From Entomortierella parvispora E1425 (lineage: Eukaryota; Fungi; Mortierellomycota): a stretch of DNA of 64,000 nt. Positions within the stretch are counted from its first letter, which is position 1. Each line of letters opens with the position of its first letter. A program made the position numbers and the translations under genes. The stretch is from assembly GCA_020891255.1 (NCBI GenBank), contig BQFW01000009.1:868001-932000 (forward strand), given 5' to 3'. The notes below the pieces were generated by a model. The model was not told where the DNA came from and did not search any database. It worked only from the letters and a program-made list of their open reading frames with translations. Shown here piece after piece: positions 12,410 through 24,915 of this stretch.

Positions 12410-15400
12410 CCCCTTCTTCATGTATAATCGAGGTCACAGTTGATCCTCCAGCTCCTTCTCCATGTATAATCGAGGTAACAATTGATCCCTCTCCCTCCTC
12501 CAACTCCTTCTCCATGTATAATCGAGGTAACAGTTGATCCTTGTCCCTCCTCCAACTCTTCTCCAGGTATAATCGAGGTCACAGTTTGTCCCTCTCCCTC
12601 CTCCAGCTCCTTCTCCATGTATAATCGAGGTAACAATTGATCCCTCTCCCTCCTCCAGCTCCTTCTCCAAGTATAATCGAGGTAACAGTTGATCCTTGTC
12701 CCTCCTCCAACTCTTCTCCAGGTATAATCGAGGTCACAGTTTGTCCCTCTCCCTCCTTCTCCATGTATAATCGAGGTAACAATTGATCCTCTCCCTCCTC
12801 CAGCTCCTTCTCCATGTATAATCGAGGTAACAGTTGATCCTTGTCCCTCCTCCAACTCCTTCTCCAGGTATAATCGAGGTCACAGTTTGTCCCTCTCCCT
12901 CCTCCAGCTCCTTCCCCATGTGCAATCGAAGTCACAGTTGGTCCTTCCCACTCTCCAGCTCCTTTTCCATGTACAATCGAGGTCACAATTGGTCCTTCTC
13001 CCTCCAATCGAAGTTCTCTATGCACAATCGAGGTAGCGCGCAATCGAGGCCACAGTTGATCCTTCTCCCTCCAATCGACCTTCTCCATTATGCAATCGAG
13101 CTCACAGTTGATCCTTCCCCCTCCAATCGACCTTCTGCATGCACAATCGAGGTCACAATGCACAATCGAGCTCACAGTTGATCCTTCCCCCTCCAATCGA
13201 CCTTCTCCATGCACAATCGAGGTCACAATGCACAATCGAGCTCACAGTTGATTCTTCTCCCTCCACAATCGAGGTCACAATGCACAATCGAGCCCACAGT
13301 TGATCCACAATCGAGGTCACAATGCACAATCGAGCTCACAGTTGATTCTTCTCCCTCCACAATCGAGGTCACAATGCACAATCGAGCTCACAGTTGATCC
13401 TTCCCCCTCCATCGACCTTCTGCATGCACAATCGAGGTCACAATGCACAATCGAGCTCACAATTGATCCCAATCGACCTTCTCCATGCACAATCGAGGTC
13501 ACAAACACAATCGAGCTCACAGTTGATCCTTCTCTCCATCGACCTTCTCCGCACAAACACAATCGAGCTCACACTTGATCCCTCTCCCTCCAATCGACCT
13601 TCTGCATGCACAATCGAGGGCGCAGTTGATCCTTCTCTCCCAATCGACCTTCTCCATGCACAATCGAGGTCATAATGCACAATCGAGCTCACAGCTGATC
13701 CTTCTCCCTCCAATCGACCTTCTGCATGCACAATCGAGGGCGCAGTTGATCCTTCTCCTCCCAATCGACCTTCTGCATGCACAACCAAGGTCACAATGCA
13801 CAATCGAGCTCACAGCTGATCCCTTCTCCCTCCAATCGACCTTCTCCATGCCACAATCGAGGTCACAATGCACAATCGAGCTCACAGCTGATCCCTTCTC
13901 CCTCCAATCGACCTTCTCCATGCCACAATCGAGGTCATAATGCACAATCGAGCTCACAGCTGATCCTTCTCCCTCCAATCGACCTTCTCCATGCCACAAT
14001 CGAGGTCACAATGCACAATCGAGCTCACAGCTGATCCCTTCTCCCTCCAATCGACCTTCTGATGCACAATCGAGGTCATAATGCACAATCGAGCTCACAG
14101 CTGATCCCTTCTCCCTCCAATCGACCTTCTCCATGCCACAATCGAGGTCATAATGCACAATCGAGCTCACAGCTGATCCCTTCTCCCTCCAATCGACCTT
14201 CTCCATGCCACAATCGAGGTCACAATGCACAATCGAGCTCACAGCTGATCCTTCTCCCTCCAATCGACCTTCTCCATGCCACAATCGAGGTCACAATGCA
14301 CAATCGAGCTCACAGCTGATCCTTCTCCCTCCAATCGACCTTCTCCATGCCACAATCGAGGTCACAATGCACAATCGAGCTCACAGCTGATCCCTTCTCC
14401 CTCCAATCGACCTTCTCCATGCCACAATCGAGGTCATAATGCACAATCGAGCTCACAGCTGATCCCTTCTCCCTCCAATCGACCTTCTTCCATGCCACAA
14501 TCGAGGTCACAATGCAATCGAGCTCACAGCTGATCCTTCTCCCTCCAATCGACCTTCTCCATGCCACAATCGAGGTCACAATGCAATCGAGCTCACAGCT
14601 GATCCTTCTCCCTCCAATCGACCTTCTCCATGCCACAATCGAGGTCACAATGCAATCGAGCTCACAGCTGATCCCTTCTCCCTCCAATCGACCTTCTCCA
14701 TGCCACAATCGAGGTCACAATGCAATCGAGCTCACAGCTGATCCTTCTCCCTCCAATCGACCTTCTCCATGCCACAATCGAGGTCATAATGCACAATCGA
14801 GCTCACAGCTGATCCCTTCTCCCTCCAATCGACCTTCTCCATGCCACAATCGAGGTCACAATGCACAATCGAGCTCACAGCTGATCCTTCTCCCTCCAAT
14901 CGACCTTCTCCATGCCGCAATCGAGGTCATAATGCAATCGAGCTCACAGCTGATCCCTTCTCCCTCCAATCGACCTTCTCCATGCCACAATCGAGGTCAC
15001 AATGCAATCGAGCTCACAGCTGATCCTTCTCCCTCCAATCGACCTTCTCCATGCCACAATCGAGGTCACAATGCAATCGAGCTCACAGCTGATCCCTTCT
15101 CCCTCCAATCGACCTTCTCCATGCCACAATCGAGGTCATAATGCAATCGAGCTCACAGCTGATCCCTTCTCCCTCCAATCGACCTTCTCCATGCCACAAT
15201 CGAGGTCATAATGCAATCGAGCTCACAGCTAATCCCTTCTCCCTCCAATCGACCTTCTGATGCACAATCGAGGTCATAATGCAATCGAGCTCACAGCTGA
15301 TCCCTTCTCCCTCCAATCGACCTTCTGATGCACAATCGAGGTCATAATGCAATCGAGCTCACAGCTGATCCCTTCTCCCTCCAATCGACCTTCTCCATGC

Positions 15401-17165
15401 CACAATCGAGGTCATAATGCAATCGAGCTCACAGCTGATCCCTTCTCCCTCCAATCGACCTTCTCCATGCCACAATCGAGGTCACAATGCAATCGAGCTC
15501 ACAGCTGATCCTTCTCCCTCCAATCGACCTTCTCCATGCCGCAATCGAGGTCACAATGCACAATCGAGCTCACAGCTGATCCTTCTCCCTCCAATCGACC
15601 TTCTCCATGCCACAATCGAGGTCACAATGCACAATCGAGCTCACAGCTGATCCCTTCTCCCTCCAATCGACCTTCTCCATGCACAATCGAGGTCATAATG
15701 CACAATCGAGCTCACAGCTGATCCCTTCTCCCTCCAATCGACCTTCTCCATGCCACAATCGAGGTCATAATGCACAATCGAGCTCACAGCTGATCCCTTC
15801 TCCCTCCAATCGACCTTCTGATGCACAATCGAGGTCATAATGCACAATCGAGCTCACAGCTGATCCCTTCTCCCTCCAATCGACCTTCTGATGCACAATC
15901 GAGGTCATAATGCACAATCGAGCTCACAGCTGATCCCTTCTCCCTCCAATCGACCTTCTCCATGCCACAATCGAGGTCATAATGCACAATCGAGCTCACA
16001 GCTGATCCCTTCTCCCTCCAATCGACCTTCTCCATGCCACAATCGAGGTCACAATGCACAATCGAGCTCACAGCTGATCCTTCTCCCTCCAATCGACCTT
16101 CTCCATGCCACAATCGAGGTCATAATGCACAATCGAGCTCACAGCTGATCCTTCTCCCTCCAATCGACCTTCTCCATGCCACAATCGAGGTCACAATGCA
16201 CAATCGAGCTCACAGCTGATCCTTCTCCCTCCAATCGACCTTCTCCATGCCGCAATCGAGGTCACAATGCAATCGAGCTCACAGCTGATCCTTCTCCCTC
16301 CAATCGACCTTCTCCATGCCACAATCGAGGTCACAATGCACAATCGAGCTCACAGCTGATCCCTTCTCCCTCCAATCGACCTTCTCCATGCCACAATCGA
16401 GGTCATAATGCACAATCGAGCTCACAGCTGATCCCTTCTCCCTCCAATCGACCTTCTCCATGCCACAATCGAGGTCACAATGCACAATCGAGCTCACAGC
16501 TAATCCCTTCTCCCTCCAATCGACCTTCTGATGCACAATCGAGGTCATAATGCACAATCGAGCTCACAGCTGATCCCTTCTCCCTCCAATCGACCTTCTG
16601 ATGCACAATCGAGGTCATAATGCACAATCGAGCTCACAGCTGATCCCTTCTCCCTCCAATCGACCTTCTCCATGCCACAATAATCGAGGTCATAATGCAA
16701 TCGAGCTCACAGCTGATCCCTTCTCCCTCCAATCGACCTTCTCCATGCCACAATCGAGGTCACAATGCACAATCGAGCTCACAGCTGATCCCTTCTCCCT
16801 CCAATCGACCTTCTCCATGCCACAATCGAGGTCACAATGCACAATCGAGCTCACAGCTGATCCTTCTCCCTCCAATCGACCTTCATGCCACAATCGAGGT
16901 CATAATGCACAATCGAGCTCACAGCTGATCCTTCTCCCTCCAATCGACCTTCTCCATGCCACAATCGAGGTCACAATGCACAATCGAGCTCACAGCTGAT
17001 CCTTCTCCCTCCAATCGACCTTCTGCATGCACAATCGAGGGCGCAGTTGATCCTTCCCTCCCAATCGACCTTCTGCATGCACAACCAAGGTCACAATGCA
17101 CAATCGAGCTCACAATTGATCCTTCTCCCCTGCACAATTGATTCTTCTACCTCAATCGACCTTCT
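12410..17165. repeat. ~4.7 kb tandem satellite array: ~52-bp units at the left, ~70-72-bp units in the core
   Basis: Core unit gcacaatcgagctcacagctgatcccttctccctccaatcgaccttctccatgccacaatcgaggtcacaat is repeated dozens of times with small variants. The left unit is gtataatcgaggtaacaattgatccctctccctcctccaactccttctccat. Confidence 0.97.
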
Positions 17166-17558
17166 CCATTGACTGTGACCCTTCACCTCTCATTGTAACT
17201 CTCCAACTCTCAGTATGACCACTCTGATGTAACTGCATATATGTGTTTCCTTTGGGGTCCCAACCAACAACACACTTCGGTATGTCATAAGTGAGCCTCT
17301 CCCACAGTCTATCAATCAGGTCCAGGACAAGATATCTGATCGTGTCTCTTTCGTGTCTTCTGCTAAATATCTTTAAATGTGAGGGTGGTCTATGATCCCA
17401 TAGCGATTTGACTGTTGCCAAAATGAATAAAAGAACCATGCATTGTCCATTCTCTTCAGCCACCAGGGGTCAGTGCACCTATACTTAAAAACTTGGGAAA
17501 TTGCAAGCGTTGTCCATCGTCTTGCCTCTTCATTCCTCTCATTTATCGCATCAGCACC

Positions 17559-19034
17559 ATGACCAAGACACGAAATGGCACTCCATCGAAGGTCAAGTGT
17601 CCGCACTGCCAGAAGGAATATAAAAATCAAAACACCATGCACACACATCTTCTCCAAAACCATGACGGCAAAAAGGGCCGGACAGAATCTCTTCGTTGTC
17701 CTGTGTCCAGTTGTCATTTGACGTATGAGTCAAGGCCATGGTTTGAGACTCACTTAAACGAGTTCGAACATGACCCAGAGGAAAATTCTTGTCCCCTGTG
17801 CCATCAAGGTTTCAAAACTTGGAGAGACCGAGAAAATCACTTGGCGGCGCACGAATCCCAAGAGGACAACGTTAAGACAGAACCCGACTCGGAAACTGAC
17901 AGCGAGGAAGACCTTGGAGCTGTTCAAGAATTAAAACGCGGTCTAACTGTTCAAAGCGGAAGTCTTTTAACTGCAGATTATATGATAAGTATCGCGCAGC
18001 CTATCGTGTTGACCTTGGACGATGATTCCAAGATTTCTGTTCTTGGTGGACCAGGAAGCGTGGAGGCTCTCGCGGGTCGAACTATTGTGCAAGCCAAAAC
18101 GATCCAGCATGGGGAGAGAGCGAATGACCCTGAATTATCAAACGCGCTGCTGCCTTGTCGATATGGAAAGCTGGTGCTTGACGATCTTTCTCTATATCAC
18201 GAATTGGATACCAACACTTGTCAATTGCGTTTCTCTACCTCTTCTAAGGAAATTGGTAGGAGGCTGGCCGGAGCCCTCATCCAGTCGAGAACCAGCATCA
18301 TGCTCGTTCTGAAAGCGGAGCCTTATGGCGTGCAGAAGACCGAAGACCCTCACGAGCAAACTCTTGTCATCCCTGATGGTCGGCCGTATATAGCCAAATC
18401 GGTCAAACATGACAGCACTCAAAAGTTAATCGTAGCCACCGATAGGTGGCAGATGCTTGTGACAAGCTGTATTCTTCTCAACACTGGAGAGGTAACAGCA
18501 GGCCCCCATGTTACTTCCTTCACACCGCACCGAAACTCTCGGGTGTGGACAAGAGCTGACTTTCAAAAGAACCTTAATGTTGAGCGACATCTCCGGTCGA
18601 AGTTTCATGATCCTTCAACATTGGCGAAATGCGCTGGCATTTTCCACGCATTTCAAAGATACACATGCCAACCCGTCACCCTTGGTCTCCTCTACGAATA
18701 TTATATTCAAAAATCTGCCAGTGGCACCAAGGTATTGGCTTATATTTTCCATAATTTCTTTGAGGATGAGGGTATCTTGAAGAAGAGTGTTGTCCAAGAA
18801 GGTCTAGCTTGGATAAAGGACGACACGTCTCGGATAACGCAGGAGCTCCGAACGTTGGAGAGTATGATACTCAACGAAAGTGGAAATGACGTTGTTAGCA
18901 TCACAGGGACAATAGGCCGCCAGCTGCGAGTGCTTGCTGGCATGTTGCCTACCGCAATAACTGACCTCAACCAAAAACAGGTGAAGAAGGAAATTGAAAG
19001 ACACATTGAGCGATTGTTGAATGTGGAGCCATGA
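17559..19034 (+). CDS. Intronless protein with three N-terminal C2H2-type zinc fingers and an unrecognised ~350-aa C-terminal domain
   Basis: CPHC..H..H, CPVSSC..H..H and CPLC..H..H fingers, an acidic linker (DSETDSEED), then a long open complex-sequence region. ATG at 17559. Confidence 0.8.
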   Translation: MTKTRNGTPSKVKCPHCQKEYKNQNTMHTHLLQNHDGKKGRTESLRCPVSSCHLTYESRPWFETHLNEFEHDPEENSCPLCHQGFKTWRDRENHLAAHESQEDNVKTEPDSETDSEEDLGAVQELKRGLTVQSGSLLTADYMISIAQPIVLTLDDDSKISVLGGPGSVEALAGRTIVQAKTIQHGERANDPELSNALLPCRYGKLVLDDLSLYHELDTNTCQLRFSTSSKEIGRRLAGALIQSRTSIMLVLKAEPYGVQKTEDPHEQTLVIPDGRPYIAKSVKHDSTQKLIVATDRWQMLVTSCILLNTGEVTAGPHVTSFTPHRNSRVWTRADFQKNLNVERHLRSKFHDPSTLAKCAGIFHAFQRYTCQPVTLGLLYEYYIQKSASGTKVLAYIFHNFFEDEGILKKSVVQEGLAWIKDDTSRITQELRTLESMILNESGNDVVSITGTIGRQLRVLAGMLPTAITDLNQKQVKKEIERHIERLLNVEP

Positions 19035-19948
19035 TTTGGGCAGAGATAATGAATTCTGAAAGAATAAATCGTGATGTTTGGCCAGTGTTTCTGCGTCAGT
19101 TTACCTCGAAGTCAACTTCAAGTGCCTCTTCGCCCTCCTCTCTACAATCGAATTTCAATCGAGTCTTCTTCTTACAATCGATCCCCGCCCCCCACCCTTC
19201 CGAACGCTGCCATTTCTATGTATAATCAGGTCTTATTTCCGTGAGGTCAGAAATGAATCCAAGGTCGAATGAATGGTCGGAGCTCCCTCAGCAGCATGCG
19301 TCGAGAGGACTGACTGAGGTGATTTTTTCAATCAGTGAGGACGCTTCATACGTTGCCCAGATATCTAAAACACCTCACAACCCGTATCGGTTGAAAAAAA
19401 AAAGATTTACGAGCTCGTAAGGAGGATCGTCAGCATGGGAATTTCTATGCTCGTGGAAGCATTGAGGTGCCTCCAGTGGAGATTCATTGTTTAGCCACAG
19501 AATGAATTATTGAAGCATATAGTTGGATGCCGCTGAGGTGTTATTGAGCAGCAAATCCACGAGCCGCACTACGGTCTGGAATATATGGCATCAAAGGAGG
19601 TCAGCATCCCTGTTCTCGAACTCGTGATGCGGGAGAAAGATAGCAACAATGACGATGGGAAGCTGTGGTGGAGTTCTAAAACTTTGTATCATGATTGAGG
19701 CAGAACGTTTCCTTTTACTACGTTGGTATAAGGGATCAAAAAGAGGCCCTCGGGGAGAACTCTATGAAGTAGACTAATGAAGGGAGAAAGGTACGCTATG
19801 TGACAATGTTGGGGGATAGTGGACAATGAGAGGTGGAAAGGGTAGGTGTAAGGGTATAGGGATGTTGTGGGGTAAAAAAAAGTCGGTGCTGCATCGTATG
19901 AGTGCAAAGTGTTTGGGGGAGGGGGCCTACTCATTCCCACTCCTTGGA

Positions 19949-21993
19949 TCATGTCGCCACAGCTGCTAGTGAGGTGGGTGGTGGAGGTGGGCTGAATGAA
20001 GTGGACATGATTGTTCTTGTGGACGTGGGTGGAGTCGCCAGGGAGTCTGCAGATGAATTTGAATTCTTGGGGCTGTCTTCGTCTGTCGATACCACGCTAT
20101 CGCTCTTGTCATGGTCTTCATCGTTCAAGTCTCCAGAAGTTCCTCGTTCGTCATGGTCCACGTCCTCAAGATGAACTCTAGATATTGAAGATTCGGCAGC
20201 ACCCTGACCAGACTCGTCCACTTCCTCGAAATCTCCATCCTCTGCGCCCGCCTCACCCTGAGCCTCTGCTGCAGCAGCAGCCTCTTCCAGCGCTTCTTTT
20301 TCATCTATTGACAAAGAAAGAAGAAAAAAAAAAGAGTTAGTTCCCAGGTCCATGGCATATCCAGTCGTCGAATCGTCAGACTCGTAAGAGGCATCGATTG
20401 TCGAAAGAAAGCTTACACATATCGTAGAGAGTCAAGACCTTGACTCCCGCTGGTTTCAACGATTGGTCCAGAGCTTGCTTTGCATCAAAGACCATTTGCT
20501 CGATGGTCAAGCAGAGTCGCTTAAACGTCAACTCGTCCTGCTTCTCAGCTTCTGTCAACTCGATGGCCTCAACATTTTGAGCAAGCGCAAGGTCTGCAGC
20601 AGTGACCCCCAGGTCTCCATAGTGCGATCTATTCATGTGGCAATTATGATATTAGTAAAATGAACAAATGCACAGGAGTCCTTCTGTTGGTCTCACGAGA
20701 ATAAGCATCCATCTCTTTCAAAATCAGAACAACAAAGACAGCAAAAAAAAAAAAAAAAAAAAGCACTCACGCCTGCATTCGAATCTTGAGTTCTTGCATC
20801 TCGCTCGCTTGTTTCCGGATCGTGGCCTCGAGTGAAGAATTGATGGAAAGCAAAGACGCGTTCGAGATTTCAAGATCAGCAATCTTGCGTCTCGTCCTTG
20901 CTGCCTCCTCGGCTCTTCGATTCTCCTCTGCCAACTTTGTTGCCGCTGCGGCGGCCGAAGCGTTGGATAGGGTCGAGCCCACAGTCTTTACAGATCGAAC
21001 GGTGGGTTGTGGTTGTTGCTGCTGTTGTTGCTGTTGGCTAGAGGATATTCCAGAAACACCCGAGATGCCGCTCACTGTCGAGCCGCCATCATCCCCGCCT
21101 CCGTTTCCTGTTTGTCGCACAGAAAGCAAGGACGAGGAGCCTGTATTGGCTGAAATAGAAGCAAAACCATTTCCCGTCGAGGGTGCCGAATCAACCTTGA
21201 TCGATGCTCCCGCTGCGATCCTCATGGGTTTAATATGTGTGGGCGTGGTGGACCCGCTGTTGTTGTTGCTGTTGCCGTTGCTTAACCCCACGGTACTGGA
21301 CGAGGTCCGAGTCCTCATCTGTTGCTTGCTGCCCGAGGGAGAGTACATGGATCCAGCTGAGGCATGCCGACCCAAAGATCCAAACGGCGCGTTACTGCTA
21401 TTCCCTCCTGAAAGCAGCTGCATCTCATCTCCTGCGCGATCAGAGTCTTCCGAGATAGTTCCGTCATCAGATGTTACAGAGCCGCCGGTGGCCATGGCTG
21501 ACGCTGTCGCCGCCACTCTTGCTCCAGAAACTCCTGTTATTGTGCCATTGCCGTTGCTAGTTGTGCTTCTATAAGATGCGTTCGTTGCTACAGAGTTGGA
21601 AGATCGTCCTCTGTTCACAGAGGAGAGGCGTGGTGGTGCTGCTGTGCTGTTGCTGCTGCTGCTGCTGGTGACGTTGTGGCCCATGGCGTTACTGGAGGTC
21701 ATGTAGGCTACATTCGGATAGGCACCTCCACCCTGACTTCCACTGCTGTTACTGACGTTTGAAGAGTACGACGAGGATCCATTGCCGCTGTTGTTCGAAG
21801 CCATGACGATCGGCCGTCCAGAGGACGATACGGTTGAGGATCCGCCAGAGTAGGAAACGGGCTTGGCAGGGCCCTGAAAAGAGGCCATGGACGAGATATC
21901 CATTTGAGCCATGCTTGCGACTTTTCTTCTTGGCGCGGTGCCCATGGGACCCCCTGGGTTCGCGTTCCTGGACGTGGGCCTGGCGGTATTCAT
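19949..21993 (-). CDS. Ser-rich fungal coiled-coil protein of unknown function; 3 exons (21993-20771, 20627-20417, 20304-19949)
   Basis: Contains RRKIADLEISNASLLSINSSLEATIRKQ, a motif recalled from conserved fungal hypothetical proteins. GT-AG junctions keep the frame: MQA|SHYGD...LYDM|YEKEAL. The start codon is uncertain. Confidence 0.7.
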
Positions 21994-23285
21994 GAAGGGT
22001 ATGTGTGTCTCACTGACAGTGCTGAATGTAAAGGGGTTGGTTGGACTGGCGAGGATCTTTCGCAATGCGTCGCTGCTGGCTTTTTGTTGACTTTGGGGGA
22101 GGGAAGGGTCGGGTTGTCGGGTTTTCTTCCCAATGTGGTTATGCCGTTGGTGGATGGGTGCAATGGAAGCACAAATAAAATGGGGGGTGAGGGAATGGAG
22201 CGGGTTGATTGCGATTGTTGATTGGATTAGATTGAATGGATTGGGCAAAAAAAAAAAAAAAGAAAGGAATGAATAAAAAGAAGAGTGGAGAGGCAACGAG
22301 AGCAGAGGAAGAGATGAGTGATTGTAATATGCGACTCACTCGTCCCTTTGGAGGATGGGGCTCATCCGCTCAGAAGGAAGGGTCAGGGGAGGGGGATGGA
22401 GAAGAGAAAGAGGGATGATGTGGCGGTAACGAACGAACGAAGGAAAGACAGACGAAAGAATGCACGCCAAAAGGGTAAATGAGGATGGGAGCAATCGGGG
22501 AGCAGGGTCAGAGCAAGCTAGAAGAAGGTCAAAAAGAGCAGCTAGAAGAAGGTGAAGCTGGTGGGGCAAAGAGAACCAAGACGAGAAGGAACAAGGTGAA
22601 GTACAAAGCGCAGAGTACACTCTTTCTTTCTTTGTCCAAGGTGGGGCCAACAGGCGGGTGCTTTCCGGTGGGTGGGATGGGGACAGACAGACAGGCAGAC
22701 AGGCAGACAGGCAGACAGACAGCCAGACGGATGGGGGGGACATGAGTGGATGATGATACATGAGTGAACAAAGGGAGACACGCAGACAGACAGAGAAGCA
22801 GGCAGGCAGCATGGCATGGGCCCAATGGGTTGCACTTGAGTGCCATGCGGTGGAGGTGCAGTGCAGCCGTGTGTGTGCGTGCAACCCCTTCTCCTCCTGT
22901 CCATCCACCCTCCGTTCGCCCATCCCTCCTTCCTGTCCCCCTTGACGCGTCTGACCCGAATGACAATCAAGAGACGACAGGACAGGTCCAAGCATGGCCC
23001 TTACATCCGACCTATCTCGTCTCGTTCTGTCAGGTACCGTCCGTCCGTGCTGTCTTCTCTTTGTCTCTAGATCCCATCGTCGTCGTCGTCATCACCCGCG
23101 CCATCCTCCTCTACACGTCCAGTCCCACGCGCCAGTTCGTGTCAACAACTGCCGTCCATCCAGTCGTCCATCCAGCCCCACTGGCTGGGCTGACAAAGAG
23201 AGAAAGAGAAAAGAGAAACAGACGCACAGGCAGAGAAACTGAATATTTTTGTTTCTTTCATTCTCCACTCTTCACTCTCCACTCT

Positions 23286-23325
23286 ATTCATTCATTCATT
23301 CATTCATTCATTCATTCATTCATTC
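23286..23325. repeat. (CATT)n microsatellite
   Basis: About ten direct tetranucleotide repeats. Confidence 0.95.
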
Positions 23326-23421
23326 ACTCTTTTCATTGCATCGAATCGCATCGCATCACCAGGCTTCATCACTTGTCCTGATCTCTATTCCGCCTTCGTT
23401 CCTCACTCTCTTCTCTGCATC

Positions 23422-24728
23422 ATGTCCTTCTTCCTCAGCGCCATCAAGGACTATGTCTACCCATCCGCAGAGTCGGATGCATCCTCCGCGAATCCTAATG
23501 CAACAAAACCAGAATCAGCCCCTTCCTCCAACCCCTACAGCAGCTCCACTGCCCCTGCAGACAGGATCATTGTCCAGCCTCCTTCATCCTCTCTCTCCAT
23601 ACCTTCAGTATCTCTCAACTCGCTGCAGCCACCCACCATCACGGCCTCGTCAGACTCGGACGATGAACTGGATTCAGACGACGAAAAGATCCAAAAGACT
23701 CCCAGTCTTCAAGTATCGTCCTCTCCCTACGCAGCCTCTGCCGCCGCCGCCGCTTCAGTTGCAGCTGGCAACCCAACACCCTCCATGACCCTCTCCACTG
23801 CGGAGGATCCAGATGGTAAGGATCTTGTTGTTTGGGATGACAGAGTCTCATTAAATAGATTAGACCAGGCACAGCAACTCCTTTTTTCCCGAATTTGCGC
23901 AGCGTCCGTCGTGTTTTTTACTTTCACACCAATGTTCCACATGGCTCTCGACTTCGCCTTCAAATGATTGAATTTGCTAATGAGCAGAAGAAAGAAAAAT
24001 GGGTCAAAACAAAGTGGTGCTAACTGTATCTCTTTTTTTTTGCTGCTTCTTTTTTCGCCGTTCAATGTAGAGGAAACCCCGAGTTTCCCTGCCCTCAATG
24101 GCCCCCAGAGATTAGCAGCCTGCGCCACAGACCCAAAGTCAAGGAGGCGGATCAAATTTGCTTTGGCTCCTGGACACTCGCCCATGGACTGGGCTCGACT
24201 CACCAGCTCTGGAGCGGATCTTAGGGTAAGGACACAGGGCGATCCTAATTGCATTTGACAAATGGTAAAAAAAAGAGAAAAGCACATCATTACAAGAGAG
24301 GCTAACTTTTCTATTGTCCTACCAAATGCCATATCTTTTCCAGGGAGTTCCCATGATGGGGCGTTATACCCTGGCCGAGGTCAAAACCCATAACCGATAT
24401 GACGATGCATGGACAGTTCTCAATGGAAAAGTGTACAACATTACACCCTACCTCCCCTTCCACCAGGGTGGCGAAAAGGAACTCATGCGATGTGCAGGGC
24501 GTGACGGCACACGGCTCTTTAGTAAGTCATTTTGATTTACTTGGCTTCATTCCATCTCTTTTTCCCAGGAACAGGTTTAACTAACCACTGGCTGTTCGCG
24601 TTTTCCCTAACCTTCCGTTGAAATTAGATCTGACCCACAAGTGGGTCAACTATGATTACATGCTCAAGGAATGTCAAGTCGGATTTCTGGTCAATGAGGC
24701 TCCAACATCCTACCAATTGACGGCATAA
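23422..24728 (+). CDS. IRC21: Cytochrome b5-like heme/steroid-binding domain protein, Irc21-like; 4 exons (23422-23815, 24071-24225, 24344-24521, 24628-24728)
   Basis: Motifs [52 protein letters not shown] and THKWVN. All junctions are canonical and in frame. Confidence 0.85.
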
Positions 24729-24915
24729 CAGGAATCTTGATCATTTGCATTTCTGATACCCTTGTATCCTGCATAGACTGGCCATATCCTTTTATAAAAG
24801 CATTAGAACCCCACTCTCCTCTTCTTCACCCCTCCAGTTCATTCGCGAATTCTGAAAGAAATTAATTTGTTTTATAGGATGCTAAAAAGGTATGCCAATG
24901 GATATAGAGAGATGT

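Noticed and set aside
12410-17165. CRISPR array or repeat-encoded proteins (many short ORFs on both strands)
   Set aside because: Units are contiguous with no unique spacers, there are no cas genes and the host is a eukaryote. Unit lengths of 52 and 70-72 bp shift frame constantly, so the ORFs are by-products of the repeat.
20786-21574. 262-aa plus-strand ORF, and similar antisense ORFs at 2846-3520, 7621-8373 and 59154-59660
   Set aside because: These are shadows of well-supported genes on the opposite strand and have no recognisable motifs.
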